Assembly (NCBI RefSeq): GCF_004010195.1
Contig: NC_057718.1
Coordinates: 99,381,112 to 99,445,111, forward strand
Source of the DNA: Chiloscyllium plagiosum
Taxonomy: Eukaryota
Direction of reading: 5' to 3'
DNA: 64,000 nt
In this document: piece by piece, positions 36,651 to 50,099 of the stretch
How the letters are laid out: every line of letters starts with the position of its first letter
How positions within the stretch are numbered: position 1 is the stretch's first letter
The notes under the pieces: model-generated
What the model was told of the DNA's origin: nothing
The model's database searches: none
Seen by the model: the letters and a program-made list of their open reading frames with translations, nothing else
Program-made: the position numbers and the translations under genes

Positions 36651-37364
36651 CAAATGTCTCTGGTTACCATTCTGCCACTCAAACCTGCTTCTCATTAACT
36701 GCTTTATCAAAAACTGCTCACGATTCTGATCACCCCCATCAACCCATCCCTTAGCTTTCTCCGTTCTCAGGAGAAAGAGTCCAGCTTCTCCACTCTCTCC
36801 ACATCACCAAAGTCCCTCCTCCCCGCAATAGGAGTTCAACAAAATGCATTTGAACAGAAAGAATGCAGTGTGAGTGCATGGTATTCTATTGAACCTCATT
36901 AAAGTGCCAATCCAACATCGCGCCTGAATAGTTCTTGATAGTAGACACACCACCTTATCAGTGTCACTCATGGGAATCATCCTGGTGGGAATTATGCTAA
37001 AGTTGCATCGTCTGGGGTTCACTTTGACTCTTGAATCTATTTCAGCTCATATCCCAAAACGCCCATCATTTCCTCAAATATATATTACTTCACTTTGCAC
37101 AAGCATCTTACCCACACACACTGTTTCTTGATCTGTAGAGAGTTCCAGCCAGCATCAATAAAGTGAAAACCCTCCCACAAAGATATATTTTTAAAACATT
37201 TCATTCTTTCCAGTGGCTTAACTGTGACAGTGATGAGTGAGAATAATCATTACAAGCCTTGATTCAAACAGTTCTCAATCTCATATCGAATCTTTAACTG
37301 GTGCATTGGTGTATTTAACAGAGGGGTCCTGAGTCCTCAATTTTAAAGTAAGACAAGAATCCTT

Positions 37365-37675
37365 AGAGTTTGGTAGCTGGCCATTCAGCCTATCAAGTCT
37401 ATACTATCCCTCCAAAGACTGTACCACCCAGACACACTCCCCTACCCTATCCCTGTAACCCTGCATTTCCCATGGCTAACCCACCTAGCCTGCACATACC
37501 TGGACACTATGGGTGATTTAGCATGGCTGATCCATCTTAACCTGCACATCTTTGGACTGTGGGAGGAAACTGGAGCACCTGGGAGAAACCCACGCAGACA
37601 CTGAGAGAATGCGCAAACTCCATGCAGACAGTTGCCCGAGGGTGAAATTGAAGCCGGGTCCCTGGCACTGTGACA
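37365..37675 (-). mobile_element. HE1-type SINE lacking its extreme 5' end
   Basis: Body and tail homology with the other copies. Confidence 0.85.
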
Positions 37676-38269
37676 CTGAGAGGTTTCACACGTATTCTCT
37701 ATTGTTAGAGACTGTCCCACGTTAGACTTTGTATACAAAGGATCTCCATAAATAACTAGACAGACACTGGCTATTCAGGCCTTGCTTAGCCCTTTATCAA
37801 CTAGCTGTATTTAGGCACTCCCCAGTGAAAGTTTAACACAGACTTCAAATTACATCTCACACAGGAGCTGGCACAAGTGGAGGCCATCAGGGTGAAGAGA
37901 TATCGATTTCCAGCTGTACACTGGCCACACACTTCATAAAAAGGCCGCCAACAATGCAAGATTTCCTTGGAAGTGGGCAGTGATTTGGGATACTTGTACC
38001 CAAGGGAATCAGACCCTGTGAACAAGTTCCACACTGAACCCTGTGCCATCTGCACAACAGAGACAACTAGAAAGGATCTAACTTGTTCCGTTTGGCCAGA
38101 AGAGGTCAAAACTGACTGAACCTTTTTGGGACCAGACCCTTTGGGGCACCATTTCCAAAGTAAGCCTTAGGAGGGACAATCCCATCCCAATCCCAATCGA
38201 GAAGCTGTTCCTGCATTTCTGGATTGCTGAATGGAAAGCTTTATTTGACCTCTGTGAAATCTGTCTAAA

Positions 38270-38805
38270 AGACCATTGAAACTACCATCCAGAGAGACAA
38301 GGGCAGCAAATACACCACCATTTGAAAGTTCCCCTCCAAGCCACTCACCATCCTGACTTGGAAATATGTCGCCTTTAGTTCTGTGGCGCTGGATGAGAAT
38401 GCTGGAATTCCCTCCCTCAGGGCATTGTGGACAACACGTGGACTGCAGCAGTTCAAACTGGCAGCTCACCCCCACCTTCTCCAGGGACAACAAAGAGTGA
38501 ACTAAAAAAAAGACACATTGTACAGAGCCTGCGTCCATGATGGAAGGAGTGAACGTTTATGGATTCGGTCAAAAAGCGTAGTGCTGGAAAAGCACAGCTG
38601 ATCAAGCAGCTCTGAGGAGAGTCAACATTTTAAACATAAGCTCGTGGTACTGATTAAGCAGATTATTTTATCCTGGATGGTGTCGAGCTTCTTGAGTGTT
38701 GTTGGAGCTGCACCCATCCAGGGCAAGTGAGGATTATTCCATCACACTCCTGACTTGTGCCTTGTAGATGGTGGGACAGGCTTTGAAGAATCAGGAGACA
38801 AGTGA
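38270..38805. mobile_element. Fragments of a second CR1/L2-group LINE: + strand 3' end (38270-38510) and minus-strand RT C-terminus (38665-38805)
   Basis: Minus strand gives a frameshifted IYKAQVRSVME...WMGAAPTTLKKLDTIQDK; the + tail is shared with 16230 and 39920. Confidence 0.65.
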
Positions 38806-38971
38806 AAATAACAGTAACACAGAAACAGGAAGAGGCCATTCTGCCCCTCATTTTGAGACTGCTGGTATGGTTCTTTCGTAGCTCTGATGGCCAAATCTTA
38901 CTCGCTTTTAACAACTTGAAGCTTTCGATCCAAACCCTCCTTGCTTTGGAGCTCCACATACTAGAAACCAC

Positions 38972-39007
38972 TTCTGAGGAAGGGTCTCGGACTCGAAACG
39001 TTAACTC
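38972..39007 (+). ncRNA. Minimal hammerhead ribozyme motif (PLE family B)
   Basis: UU-CUGAGGA-A-GGGUC-UCG-GACUC-GAAA-C-GUU-AACUC; helix II fully paired (one G-U); helix I reads GAGUU/AACUC in the 5040 copy. Confidence 0.72.
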
Positions 39008-39105
39008 TGGTATCTCCTCGCAGATGCTGCCAGACCTGTTGAGCTTTTCCAGCAATTTCTGTTTTTGTTTCTGATTTATAGCATCCGCAGCTCTTCTGGG
39101 TTTTG
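38972..39105 (+). mobile_element. PLE terminus (family B) starting at the hammerhead core
   Basis: 13-bp TSD GAAACCACTTCTG (38964-38976, 39106-39118) whose last bases overlap the CTG of the core. Confidence 0.85.
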
Positions 39106-39380
39106 GAAACCACTTCTGCTGAGGTGACTGGGTTCTCCTGGACTATCGCGATTCTCTTGATATGAGAGAACTGTACCAGCTCTCAGCTCTTCAGAACTGA
39201 CCTTTATACCCTCTGTTTTTGAAGGCAAAACTTAACTAATCGCCTTAATGTGATTACTCTGCCTGTCATAAACCCAACAGTGTACATATTTCATCAATTA
39301 ACACCGATATGGTCTGCTAAGTGGTTATTTGAAGTCCTAGACTTTCTTAGAAATGATGCATTAATGTCACTATCCAAATG

Positions 39381-39672
39381 ATTAGATTCGATTCCCTACA
39401 ACGTGGAAACAGGCCCTTTGGCCCAACAAGTCCACACCGACCCTCCGAAGAGTAACCCACCCAGACCCATTTTCCTACATTTACCCCTGACTAATGCACC
39501 TAGCTCTATGGGCAATTTCCCATGGCCAATACACCTGACCTGCACATTTTGGACTGTGGGAGGAAACCGGAGCACCCAGAGAATGAGCAAACTCCACACA
39601 GACAGTCGCCGAATTGAACCTGGGACCCTGGTGCTGTGAGGCAGCAGTGCTAATCTCTGAGCCACTGTGCCA
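39381..39672 (-). mobile_element. HE1-type SINE
   Basis: Head, body and tail homology. Confidence 0.9.
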
Positions 39673-40545
39673 TGTGACATTTGAAAACAACCAATTTCAT
39701 AGAATTAACCAAAGCCATCTGCCTCTATTTATTAAAAAATTCCAAAAAATGATAATAACATATAATGCACAATTAATATATTGGGTCAAGGAAAACTAAT
39801 GGAAAATTAGCCTAAACTTTGATGATGACTTGCCTATTTGCCAGAGGCTCAGTGAGCCATGGAATCTTTGCAGCATTGAAAAAAGCCATTCGGCCCATTG
39901 GGGTCAGTTCCAGCTCCCTGACTGGAGATTCCCTCCCTAAGGGCATTGTGGGTCAACTGACTGCACATGGACTCCAGTGGTTAAAGGAGGCAGCTCACCC
40001 CCACTTTCTGAAGGGGCAACTAGGGACAGGCTATAAATGCTGGGCCCAGCCAGCAACGTCTCCATCCCCCAAGTGAAAATAAAAACCAAACCCAGTCAGT
40101 CTCAATTTCACCACTTGACTGGGTAGTCTGCCATTTAATTTCCTTCTGTGTCCATCCAACTTCCTTGTAAAAACATTGATTATCCCCACTGCCGGATGTG
40201 TGTTGCAAGTAGCAACATTCCTGGTGCATCATCATTGGCCAATCCTCTGTCCACTTCACAGATCCAAGTTCAGATCCAGTCAATCAGGAATGAACACCAA
40301 ACTGAGGGTTCCATTCTATAAAAATGAACATGAACCAGGTACATCTTCAAAAACCGTTAGCCTTAAACATTATCCCAGAGAGGAAAGTGGAAATCTGTGT
40401 GATAGAGTTATGAAGGTCTGCAGCAGAGAAACAGACCATTTGTCCCATTCAGTTTGTGCTGGTCAAAAGCAACCACCTATTCTAATCCATTTTCTAGCAC
40501 CAAGGCTCTATAACTTGGTCGAAGCCCTTTTTAATATAAGTTTAG

Positions 40546-40830
40546 GTTAGATTAGATTAGATTACTTAGTGTGGAAACAGGCCCTTCAGCCCAACAAGTC
40601 CACACCGACCCTCTGACGAGCAACCCACCCAGACCCATTTACCCCTTCACCTAACTCTACGGGTAATTTAGCATGGCCAATTCACCTAATCTGCACATTT
40701 TTGGACTGTGGGAGGAAAATGGAGCACCCGGAGGAAACCCAAGCAGACACGGGGAGAATGTGCAAACTCCACACAGACAGTTGCCTGAGGCAGGAATTGA
40801 ACCCGGGTCTTTGGTGCTGTGAGGCAGCAG
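40546..40830 (-). mobile_element. HE1-type SINE
   Basis: (TTAGA)n tail, body and B-box. Confidence 0.9.
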
Positions 40831-40849
40831 GGTGCCACTGTACTGTTTG

Positions 40850-41855
40850 AAAACACGTACCTACAAATTCAAGAACAGCTTCTTCCCTGCTGTTAAGACC
40901 ATAAGACATAGGAGTGGAAGTAAGGCCATTCAGCCCATCGCGTCCACTCCGCCATTCAATCATGGCTGATGCTGAAAATGTGTTGCTGGAAAAGCGCAGC
41001 AGGTCAGGCAGCATCCAGGGAACAGGAGAATCGACATTTCGGGCATAAGCCCTTCTTCAGGAATCGTCCCTGAAATGTCGATTGTCCTGTTCCCTGGATG
41101 CTGCCTGACCTGCTGCGCTTTTCCAGCAACACATTTTCAGCTCTGATCTCCAGCATCTGCAGACCTCACTTTCTCCTCAATCATGGCTGATGGGCATTTC
41201 AACCCCACTTACCAGCATTCTCCCCGTAGCCCTTAATTCCTTGTGACATCAAGAATTTATCAATCTCGGCCTTGAAGCCATTTAGCGTCCCAGCCTCCAC
41301 TGCACTCCGCGGCAATGAATTCCACAGGCCCACCACTCTCTGGCTGAAGAAATGTCTCCTCATTTCTGTTCTGAATTTACCCCTTCTAATTCTAAGGCTG
41401 TGCCTATGGGTCCTAGTCTCTTCGCCTAATGGAAATAATTTCCTAGCGTCCACCCTTTCCAAGTTATCAGACTTTTGAATGAATTTCTCATAAATTGGAG
41501 TTGATCTTTCTCTGCACCTTCTTTGTAGCTGTGTTACTCTATTCTGCATTCTGTTTTATTACCTGCACGTACTTATGTAAGGGATGATTTGCCTGGACAG
41601 CACACAAAGCAATACGTTTTATTGTAAAAAAACAAAGAAAAAAATCCACAGATGCTGGAAATCAGAAACAAAAACAGAAATTGCTGGAAAAACTCGGCAG
41701 GTCTGGCAGCATCTCTGAAGAGAAATCAGAGTTATCGTTGAAACGTTAACACTGATTTCTCTCCACAGATGCGGAGCTTTTCCAGCAATTTCTGTTTTTG
41801 GTACTTTTCACTGTATCTCAGTACATGTGACAATAATCAAATCAAATCAAATCAG
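40850..41855 (+). mobile_element. Rex/Babar-type 3' fragment interrupted by a CR1 3' end (40896-41462, minus) and by a PLE family B palindrome (41626-41800)
   Basis: KFKNSFFPAV at ~40866 resumes as IRLLN at ~41466; tail GTACATGTGACAATAA(TCAAA)n. Confidence 0.75.
40971..41176. mobile_element. Palindromic PLE family A insertion in CR1
   Basis: 16-bp TSD TCAATCATGGCTGATG; inverted arms; ~35-nt unpaired tail; antisense hammerhead CUGAAGA-A-GGGC-UUAU-GCCC-GAAAU-GUC at 41033-41060. Confidence 0.9.
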
Positions 41856-42504
41856 CCTTTCATATGCCTGGGTACAAGTGGACCATGTTTGAAGAGCTTA
41901 TGCTTGAACCGTCGATTCTCCTGCTCCTCGGATGCTGCCTAACTGTCTGTGCTTTTCCAGCACTGTACTATTTGACACAGACTAATAGCTGGCTTAAAGG
42001 AACTCACTCCTTTTTGATAGTGGAGAGCAGTAGAATAGGTAACTCTTAATAACCTCCGTCAGCTTCAAATAGAATTGACAGCTGTACTGAGCTCCAAATG
42101 ACAGCAGTGTCAGACTCACAGCAGTTCACTGCGGGTCAGTAATCGTTGTTTTACTGCCTGGGTTTACGGCTGGAGAATTTCACTCACACCTGCTGAGGGA
42201 TCAGATACACCGAGCGTAAAATCCCAGTGTGTCCCTGACAAACAGCAAGTGCTTTTACTGCACGGCAATCTGATTGTGAAACCTTGCTTTTCCTGGCATC
42301 GAGCCACTCAAATGGGTTTCACATCAAACTGAGTCGAGTTGTGGTTTTAATTGCAATGTGTCACTTTTAAGCTGCTTGAACATTGTGTGAAAATATGGGT
42401 TTGCAGTCCTTCCCTTTCCTGACTGGATGTTTGCCTTGTCCTGTTTTACGATCCTATTCCCAGGCCTTTGCCCACTTGATGGTCATGCTTCCAATCGCGG
42501 AAGC

Positions 42505-42931
42505 ATAAAATCCCTACAGCGTGGAAACAGGCCATTCGGCCCGTCCTGACTCTCCAAAGAGCAGCCCACCCAGATCCAGCCCCTACCCTATCCCTGTAAT
42601 TCCCGTGGCTAATCCACCTACTCTGCACATCTCTGGATGCAAAGGACCCTCACCAATGTTCAGATAAGCACCATAGAAAGCATTCGCGTTGCTGTGGAAA
42701 TGCTGCCAGCATCATCAAAGACCCCTCCCCTCTGTGTGGAGTTTGCACATTCTCCCCGCGTCTGTGTGGGTTTCCTCCCACAATCCAAAAATGTGCAGGT
42801 TAGTTGAATTGGCCATGCTAAATTGCCGGCAGTGTTAAGTGTAGGGGAATGGGTGTGGGTGGGTTGCGCTTTGACAGGTCGGTGTGGACTTGTTGGGCCG
42901 AAGGGCCTGTTTCCACACTGTAAGTAATCTA
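42505..42931. mobile_element. Two HE1 3' halves (42505-42635 minus; 42730-42931 plus)
   Basis: Body and tail homology. Confidence 0.8.
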
Positions 42932-43319
42932 AGTAAATTTTATAGATTTCAATGAGATTCCAACCCCTTCCCTTCCCCATTCATCTAAACCCCCATGAAT
43001 ATGATCCTAGCCGATCCAGTCTGTCTCCTTACGTCAGTCCTGCCATGCCAGGAGTCAATCTGGGAAACCTTTGTTGCACTCCTTCCAGTGTTGCAGAACA
43101 TACTGCAGCATTCTACAGCTGTGAAAGGTGCTATGTAAATACAAGTCCATCTTTTTCCTTTCACACAAGGAGCTACGGCATACAAAGTGCGGGTCAGGGG
43201 CAAATTTAACATGTAGACAGCATGAGTTCAAGTGTGAGCTTTGACCATCTGAAGAAGACCAATGGCTGATCAGAGGTGATGGCGGTCCATTGTATTTTGT
43301 GCATTAAAAAAGTGTGATG

Positions 43320-45598
43320 GGGAAATAAGGCAGGGCAGATGACTGAGGTGTCACTGGGGTAACACTTTAGGGCCAGCGACTAAAGTTCTATTAGATTTAA
43401 AATAGTGATGGAAAAGGATAGATCAGATCTAAAAGTTGAAGTTCTAAATTGGAGAAAGGCCAATTTTGACAGTATTAGGCAAGAACTTTCAAAAGCTGAT
43501 TGGGGGCAGATGTTCGCAGGTAAAGGGACGGCTGGAAAATGGGAAGCTTTCAGAAATGAGATAACGCGAATCCAGAGAAAATATATTCCTGTCAGGGTGA
43601 AAGGGAAGGCTGGTAGGTATAGGGAATGCTGGAAGACTAAAGAAATTGAGGGTTTGGTTAAGAAAAAGAAGGAAGCATATGTCAGGCATAGACAGGATAG
43701 ATCGAGTGAATCCTTAGAAGAGTATAAAGGAATTAGGAGTATACATAAGAGGGAAATCAGGAGGGCAAAACGGGGACATTAGATAGCTTTGGCAAATAGA
43801 ATTAAGGAGAATCCAAAGAGTTTTTACAAATACATTAAGGGTAACTAAGGAGAGAATAGGGCCCCTCAAAGATCAGCAAGGTGGCCTTTGTGTGGAGCCG
43901 CAGGAGGTGGAGGAGATACTAAATGAGTATTTTGCATCAGTATTTACTGTGGAAAAGGACATGGAATGCGGAGAAATAGATGGTGACATCTTGAAAACTG
44001 TCCAAATTACAGAGGAAGAAGTGCTGGATGTCTTGAAACACATTAAAGTGGATAAATCCCAGGACCTGATCAGGTGTACCCTAGAACTCTGTGGGAAGCT
44101 AGAGAAGTGATTGCTGGGCCTCTTGCTGAGATATTTGTATCATTGATAGTCACAGGTGAGGTGTCGGAAGACTGGAGGTTGGCTAATGTGGTACCGTGTT
44201 AAGAAATGTGATAAGGACAAGCCAGGGAACTATAGACCAGTGAGCCTGATGTCAATGGTGGGCAAGTTGTTGGAGGGAATCCTGAGGGACAGGATGTACA
44301 TGTATTTGGAAAGGCAGGGACTGATTAGGGATAGTCAGCATAGCTTTGAACATGGGAAATCATATCTCATGAACTTGATTGAGTTTTTTGAAGAGGTAAC
44401 AAAGAGGATTAATGAGGGCAGAGCATTGAACGTGATCTATATGGACTTCAGTAAGGTATTCGACAAGGTTCCCCATGGGAGACTGATTAGCAAGGTTAGA
44501 TCGCATGGAATAAAGGGAGAACTAGCCATTTGGATACAAAACTGGCTCAAAGGTAGAAGACAGAGGGTGGTGGTGGAGGGTTGTTTTTCAGACTGGAGGC
44601 CTGTGACCAGTGGAGTGCCACAAGGATCGGTGCTGGATCCACTTTTCATCATTTATATAAATGACTTGGATGTGAGCAAAAGAGGTACAGTTAGTAAGTT
44701 TGCAGATGACACCAAAATTGGAGGTGCAGTGGACAGCGAAGAGGGTTACCTCAGATTACAACAGGATCTGGACCAGATGGGCCAATGGGCTGAGAAGTGG
44801 CAGATGGAGTTTAATTTAGATAAATGCGAGGTGCTGCATTTTGGGAAAGCAAATCTTAGCAGGACTTTTATACTTAATGGTAAGGAGTGTTGCTGAACAA
44901 AGAGACCTTGGAGTGCATGTTCATAGCTCCTTGAAAGTGGAGTCACAGGTAGATAGGATGGTGAAGAAGGCATTTGGTATGCTTTCCTTTATTGGTCAGA
45001 ATATTGAGCACAGGAGTTGGGGGGTCATGTTGTGGCTATGCATACATTGGTTAGGCCACTTTTGGAATATTGTGTGCAATTCTGGTCTCCTTCTTATTTG
45101 AAGGATGTTGTGAAACTTGAAAGAGTTCAGAAAAGATTTACAAGGATGTTGCCAGGGTTGGAGGATTTGAGCTATAGGGAGAGGCTGAACAGACTGGGGC
45201 TGTTTTCCCTGGAGCGTCGGAGGCCTTATAGAGGTTTGTAAAATCATGAGAGGCATGGATAGAATAAAGAGACAAAGTCTTTTCCTTGGTGTGGGGGAGT
45301 CCAGAACTAGAGGTCATAGGATTTAGGGTGAGGTGGGAAATATATAAAAGAGACCTCAGGGGCAACTTTTTCACACAGAGGGTGGTACGTGTATGGAATG
45401 AGCTGCCAGAGGATGTGGTGGAGGCTGGTACAATTGTAACATTTAAGAGGCATTTGGATGGGTATATGAATAGGAAGGGTTTGGAGGGATACGGGCCGGG
45501 TGCTGGCAGGTGGGACGAGATTGGGTTGGGATATGTGGTCAGCATGGACAAGTTGGACCGAAGGGTCTGTTTTAGTGCTGTACATCTCTATGACTCTA
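43320..45598 (+). mobile_element. CR1 (HER1-like) LINE, 5'-truncated, ORF2 from the end of the endonuclease through RT to the 3' UTR; disabled by frameshifts and stops
   Basis: [78 protein letters not shown]; tail CTCTATGACTCTA. Confidence 0.97.
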
Positions 45599-45771
45599 AG
45601 TTATCCTTTATTTATACAGACATAGTACAATAGCTCAGAGCAGTCAGCTCAGAGCCAATGCCTAGAGTGAGGAGACTCTCGGAATCCCCTATTTCTATCT
45701 GTCAGCCTGGGCTCCCTGATTGGCCCAGGTTAACAACCCCAAACAATGAGATCCAATGTACCAATCACTAC
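45598..45771 (-). mobile_element. Partial solo-LTR-like element related to 14047-14701
   Basis: Shared TATCTGTCAGCC..GG.TCCCTGATT and terminal CAATCACTACA. Confidence 0.55.
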
Positions 45772-46164
45772 ACCAAGTGACCACATTTCCAATTTAGTGA
45801 CAGGTGTCTTTTTTTTTTATCAATGAAGACGTTGACTAGTTTGAAGAATAAAGTTGAAGATTTAATTGCATTGCGCAGTCTCTGAAAATACTGTCACGTA
45901 AAACAATGGGGACTGCAAGGTTACAATGGAAAGGGTCTCAGATGACACAATTATTCACACCACCTGGCACCTTAGCTACTTCATTTCCTGCCTTCTTAAA
46001 AACATTCCAAACTTTGCTGTTGTTTTAAATGCATTCAGACTGGAAATTAAAGATGGTGATAATTCAGCAGAAGAATATAAGACATAAGATACAGGAGAGC
46101 AAGCCATTCATTCTGCCATTCTCTAAGATTGCCATCATGTTGCTGAGTGACACATGACCCTTAC

Positions 46165-47090
46165 CATGTAGTGGCGGTGTTGGAGCGGGCAGCATCCATG
46201 CTCTTGAGCCTGAGGCTCCTCCATTCTATCCGTTTTCTTTCATTCTTCCTCTCTCTTTCTTTTGTTATCCGTGCTTCTTAACTTACCTTCTGGAGCGAGC
46301 TTGATTGAGGAGGTAGCGTGACAATGGCTGGGGACCAGCCTGAACACAGATGGGAATGGGGGTGGTCAGCGGCAATGCGGCTGGTGAGGTTGGCATGACT
46401 TCACCCAGTGAGGGGGTTGGGAGAGTGCCCTTGTGGGGAAAGCCCAGTTTGGATGATTGCATGCCCACCATGGCTTGGTGGTTAGCGCTAGGGATCTGGG
46501 TCCGATTCCAGCCTCAGACGACTGTCAGCACCTTCTCCCCGTGTCTGTGTGGGGTTCCCCCCGGGTGCTCCGATTTCCTCCCACAGTCCAAAGATGTGCA
46601 GGTTAGAGTGAATTGGCCATGAGAAGTGCAGTGTACAATGATAGGGGTCTGGATCCTGGTGGGATGGCCTTTAGAGGGTGAGAGCGGACTCGATGGGCCA
46701 AATGGCTTGCTTCCACACTTTAGGGATTCCATGAAAGGACTGCAATGTTTAACTTCTAACATAATTTTTCTACATTATGCTAAAGTCCTTTTAATTTATT
46801 TCATTATTTTTCCATTTTTGTATCTCAGATTTTGTACCTCTGTACCAGTGTAAGTAAGTAAGATGGCATTGGGAATGGTAGCCATGATGTGGAGGTGCCC
46901 TCCTGACAAAGGAGCAGTGCTCCGAAAGCTAGTGCTTCCAAATAAACCTGTTGGACTGTAACCTGGTGTTGTGTGATTTTTAACATTGGGAATGGTGACT
47001 TTGTATTCTTGTCTCTGTACCCCTGTACCCCTGTATGTGTACTTGAGTGCACATGTCTATAAACCTAAATCTAAATCTAAATCTAAATGT
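46165..47090 (+). mobile_element. Non-autonomous element related to 10432-11910, interrupted by HE1 (46472-46733) and a PLE family C insert (46883-46983)
   Basis: Shared TTTGTACCT...TAAGATGG 3' block and (CTAAAT)n tail; the PLE insert has a 13-bp TSD CATTGGGAATGGT. Confidence 0.55.
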
Positions 47091-47352
47091 AATCAAACAT
47101 TTCCCAAGCTGGCACAGTTCATCCCAGGCCTGTGTGTAAACTAGAGAGGCTCAGTGTGCAGGGTCCAGTCAAAATCTAAACGGAGACTAACTCACTAAGT
47201 GCAGTATTGAGATATAAAATAGCAGCTTTGGCATTGATCCTAAACCTTTGGATAACAAGTGAAACCGATCTGTGCAAGCTCCCATCGTACAATCTGCAGA
47301 TGAAAACAGTGAAACAACACAGATTGGGCAAAAGAAATGTGAAATGTCACTG

Positions 47353-47522
47353 AACACCAGGTTATAGTCCAACAGGTTTATTTGAAATCACAAGCTTTTG
47401 GAGCGCTGCCCCTTTGTCGGTCTTCACCTGCTTGTGATTTCAAATAGACCTGTTGGACTAGAACCTGGTGTTGTGTGAGTTCTGACCTTGTCCACCCCAG
47501 TCCAACACCGGCACCTCCACAT
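47353..47522. mobile_element. Palindromic PLE family C insertion
   Basis: Inverted arms AACACCAGGTTATAGTCCAACAGG / CCTGTTGGACTAGAACCTGGTGTT plus tail. Confidence 0.8.
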
Positions 47523-47685
47523 GTAGCCATTGAATCTAGCCACAAAACCTTGAGGTGATTTGATTTCTTGTCGTCACGTGCACCTAAGTACAGTAAAAAG
47601 TTTTGCTTTATGAACAGTACAGGCAGATCATAGCAAACAAGGACTTACAGATCACAGGGCGCTTGGACAGAGCGAGGCCTACAAT

Positions 47686-48630
47686 TGAATTGAATTGAAT
47701 TGAATTTATTGTCACGTGTCACAGTGAAAAGCTTTGTCTTTCGAGCAATACAGGCAGATCACAGAGTTAAGTAGCATAGGTAAGTGAATAAGAGTAACAG
47801 CGGCAAAAACAAAAACACAGGTACAGGCGAATGTTAAGAGTTTATAAGTCCATTCAGTATTCTAACAACAGGAGGGTAGAAACTGTTATGAAACCGGCTG
47901 GTGCGTGTGTTCAGGCTTCTGTACCTTCTCCCCGATGGTAGAGGTTGTAGAAAAACATTATCAGGGTGGGATGGATCTTTGAGAATGCTGGCAGCCTTTC
48001 CTTGACAGCGGGCCTGGTAGATGGATTCTACAGATGGGAGGTTGGCTTTTGTGATTGTCCGGGCCGAGTTCACCACTCTCTGTAACCGTCTCCGATCTTG
48101 AATGGTACAGTTGCCATACCAGGTAGTGATACATCCAGATAGAATGCTCTCGATGGCGCACCTATAAAAGTTGGCAAGGGTATTCACCGTCATGCCAAAT
48201 CTCCTCAGCTGCCTGAGGAAGAAGAAGCGTTGTTGGGCCTTTGTAACCAGTGCGTCCACATGAAGAGTCCAAGAAAGCTTACTGTGAATGACCACTCCCA
48301 GGAGCTTGACACTCTCCACTTGTTCCACCTCAGTGCTGTTAATGTGTCCAGGGGCATGAGTAACGTCCCGCTGAAAGTCAATAATGAGTTCCTTGGTTTT
48401 GCTGGCATTGAGAGCTAGGTTGTTCTCAGTGCACCATGTTTCAGGTCTTCCATCTCCCATCTGTAGTCTGTTTCGTGGCCATCTGAGATTCGACCAACAA
48501 TGGTGGAGTCATTAGCGAACTTGTAAATGGTATTAGTCTGGTATTTGGCAACGCAGTCATGGGTATACAGTGAGTACAGTAGGGGGCTGAGTACGCACCC
48601 CAGGAAAGCTCCAGTGTTGAGTGTTAGTGA
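47686..48630 (-). mobile_element. Rex1/Babar-clade LINE, 5'-truncated (RT C-terminal half), nested in an older relative (47555-47685 and 48660-48890)
   Basis: LSPLLYSLYTHDC, IYKFANDSTIVG, WCTENNLALNASKTKELIIDF, FYRCAIESILSGCITTWYGNC, LPSGRRYRSL; (ATTCA)n tail. Confidence 0.9.
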
Positions 48631-49569
48631 AATATAAAGTACAATATAAAATAGATAAAAAGTACAATGTTACACTGTGCAGGAGGTGCGTGAAGCAAGA
48701 CCAACATTAGATTTAAAATTGGAGAGGCCCATACATCAGTCTAATAACAGCCGGGAAGAAGCTGCTATTGAACCTGTTGGTGCGTGTGTTCAAGCTTCTG
48801 TATCTTCTGCCTGTTGGAAGAGGTTGTAGGAGGGCATTACCAGGATGGGAGGGGTCTTTGATGATGTTGGGAGCCTTTCTGAAGCAACAGCATCAGAAAT
48901 GCGTGTTGTATATGGAGCTATTGCAATGACTTTGGAGATACATTAAGATGTTAGAGTCTTAATTAATGAAGTGGAGACAACCCCTATTACACCTGACATC
49001 AATATTTCTTATTTCAGGCTTTTTGCCATAAACAAGCCCAGGTTTACTTATTGAATGAAATTTGGTGAATATTTGTTGTAATTTAGTATTTCTTTGGTGA
49101 CATCTCATTAACTCTTAAACTTAAGGATTTAACATGACCAAAATGACAAGTGCTGCAATGAGTTGTCTCATTCCACCCAAAGCCGTTAAGAAACTGGTTG
49201 AAAGTTTGCGAAGGTGGTGAGGTTTTCTTGCTGTGGAGGTCAAAACCAGGAATGTATGGTTTGTATATTCACCCCATTAACCTTTGCCCGTACCCCTGGG
49301 TGCCAGAAGTCAATAGCAATGAACAGAGTGCAGCCTGAGATCTCAAACTCTGCATTCCTGAAATTAGTCTCTGCTACAGGAACTTGAATGTCTGTGGGAA
49401 AGGGTGGAGATGCTTTCTGCAATAAGTGTTACAACAGCTGGCGGTTAATATCACATCTTTAACATTGTTAAAGAACTGTGGACTGAAATTTCTGAAGATG
49501 CCACCCTGGTGTATGAACTAAATCCCTTTGAGAGGTGGGATTTTCGGAATCCACTATAAATAATTTCAT

Positions 49570-49910
49570 AAAGTAATTTCTTTTCTCATATATTACACCA
49601 CTTTCTTAGCCTCAGAATATTCCAAAGTGATTGAAATTACTTTACAATATATAAAACTGCTGTAGTGTTGAGGAAATGAGTCAACTTGCGCACAGCAAGA
49701 GCCCACAACCAGTATTGAGATGAAAGATCTGATATCCTGTTTCAATTGATGCTGGTTGAAGGATCAAGTATTGGCCACAACACTCATGATGATTCCCCTA
49801 CACATTTTCAAAAATGCCACATGACCTTTATGTCCATTTGAGGGGATGGATGGAACTTCTGTTCAATATTTCATCAAAATCCAAAAAATGCTGCTGTTAA
49901 GTAATACCTC
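49570..49910 (-). mobile_element. Old SINE remnant (possibly DeuSINE-type), related to 2560-2700 and 55500-55740
   Basis: Shared decayed blocks (CACAGCAAGAGCCCACAA; reverse complement TGTGAGAGCTTGCTGTG at 55.6 kb); family assignment from memory only. Confidence 0.35.
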
Positions 49911-50099
49911 TCCGTGCATGATATTTGGATAGCAAATGTGGTTCCCTTGTTCAAAAAGGGGAGTAGGGATAACCCTAGTAACTATAGGCCGGTGAGTCTC
50001 ACTTCTGTTGTGGGCAAAGTCCTGCGCTGTATTCTTCTATGTTCTATGTTCTATGGAAGTAATTCTTTTCCTGTACTACCCAACAGGTTACAGGATTTA

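Noticed and set aside
44156..44896. 246-aa reverse transcriptase ORF as a functional gene
   Set aside because: Part of a 5'-truncated CR1 with frameshifts and stops on both sides.
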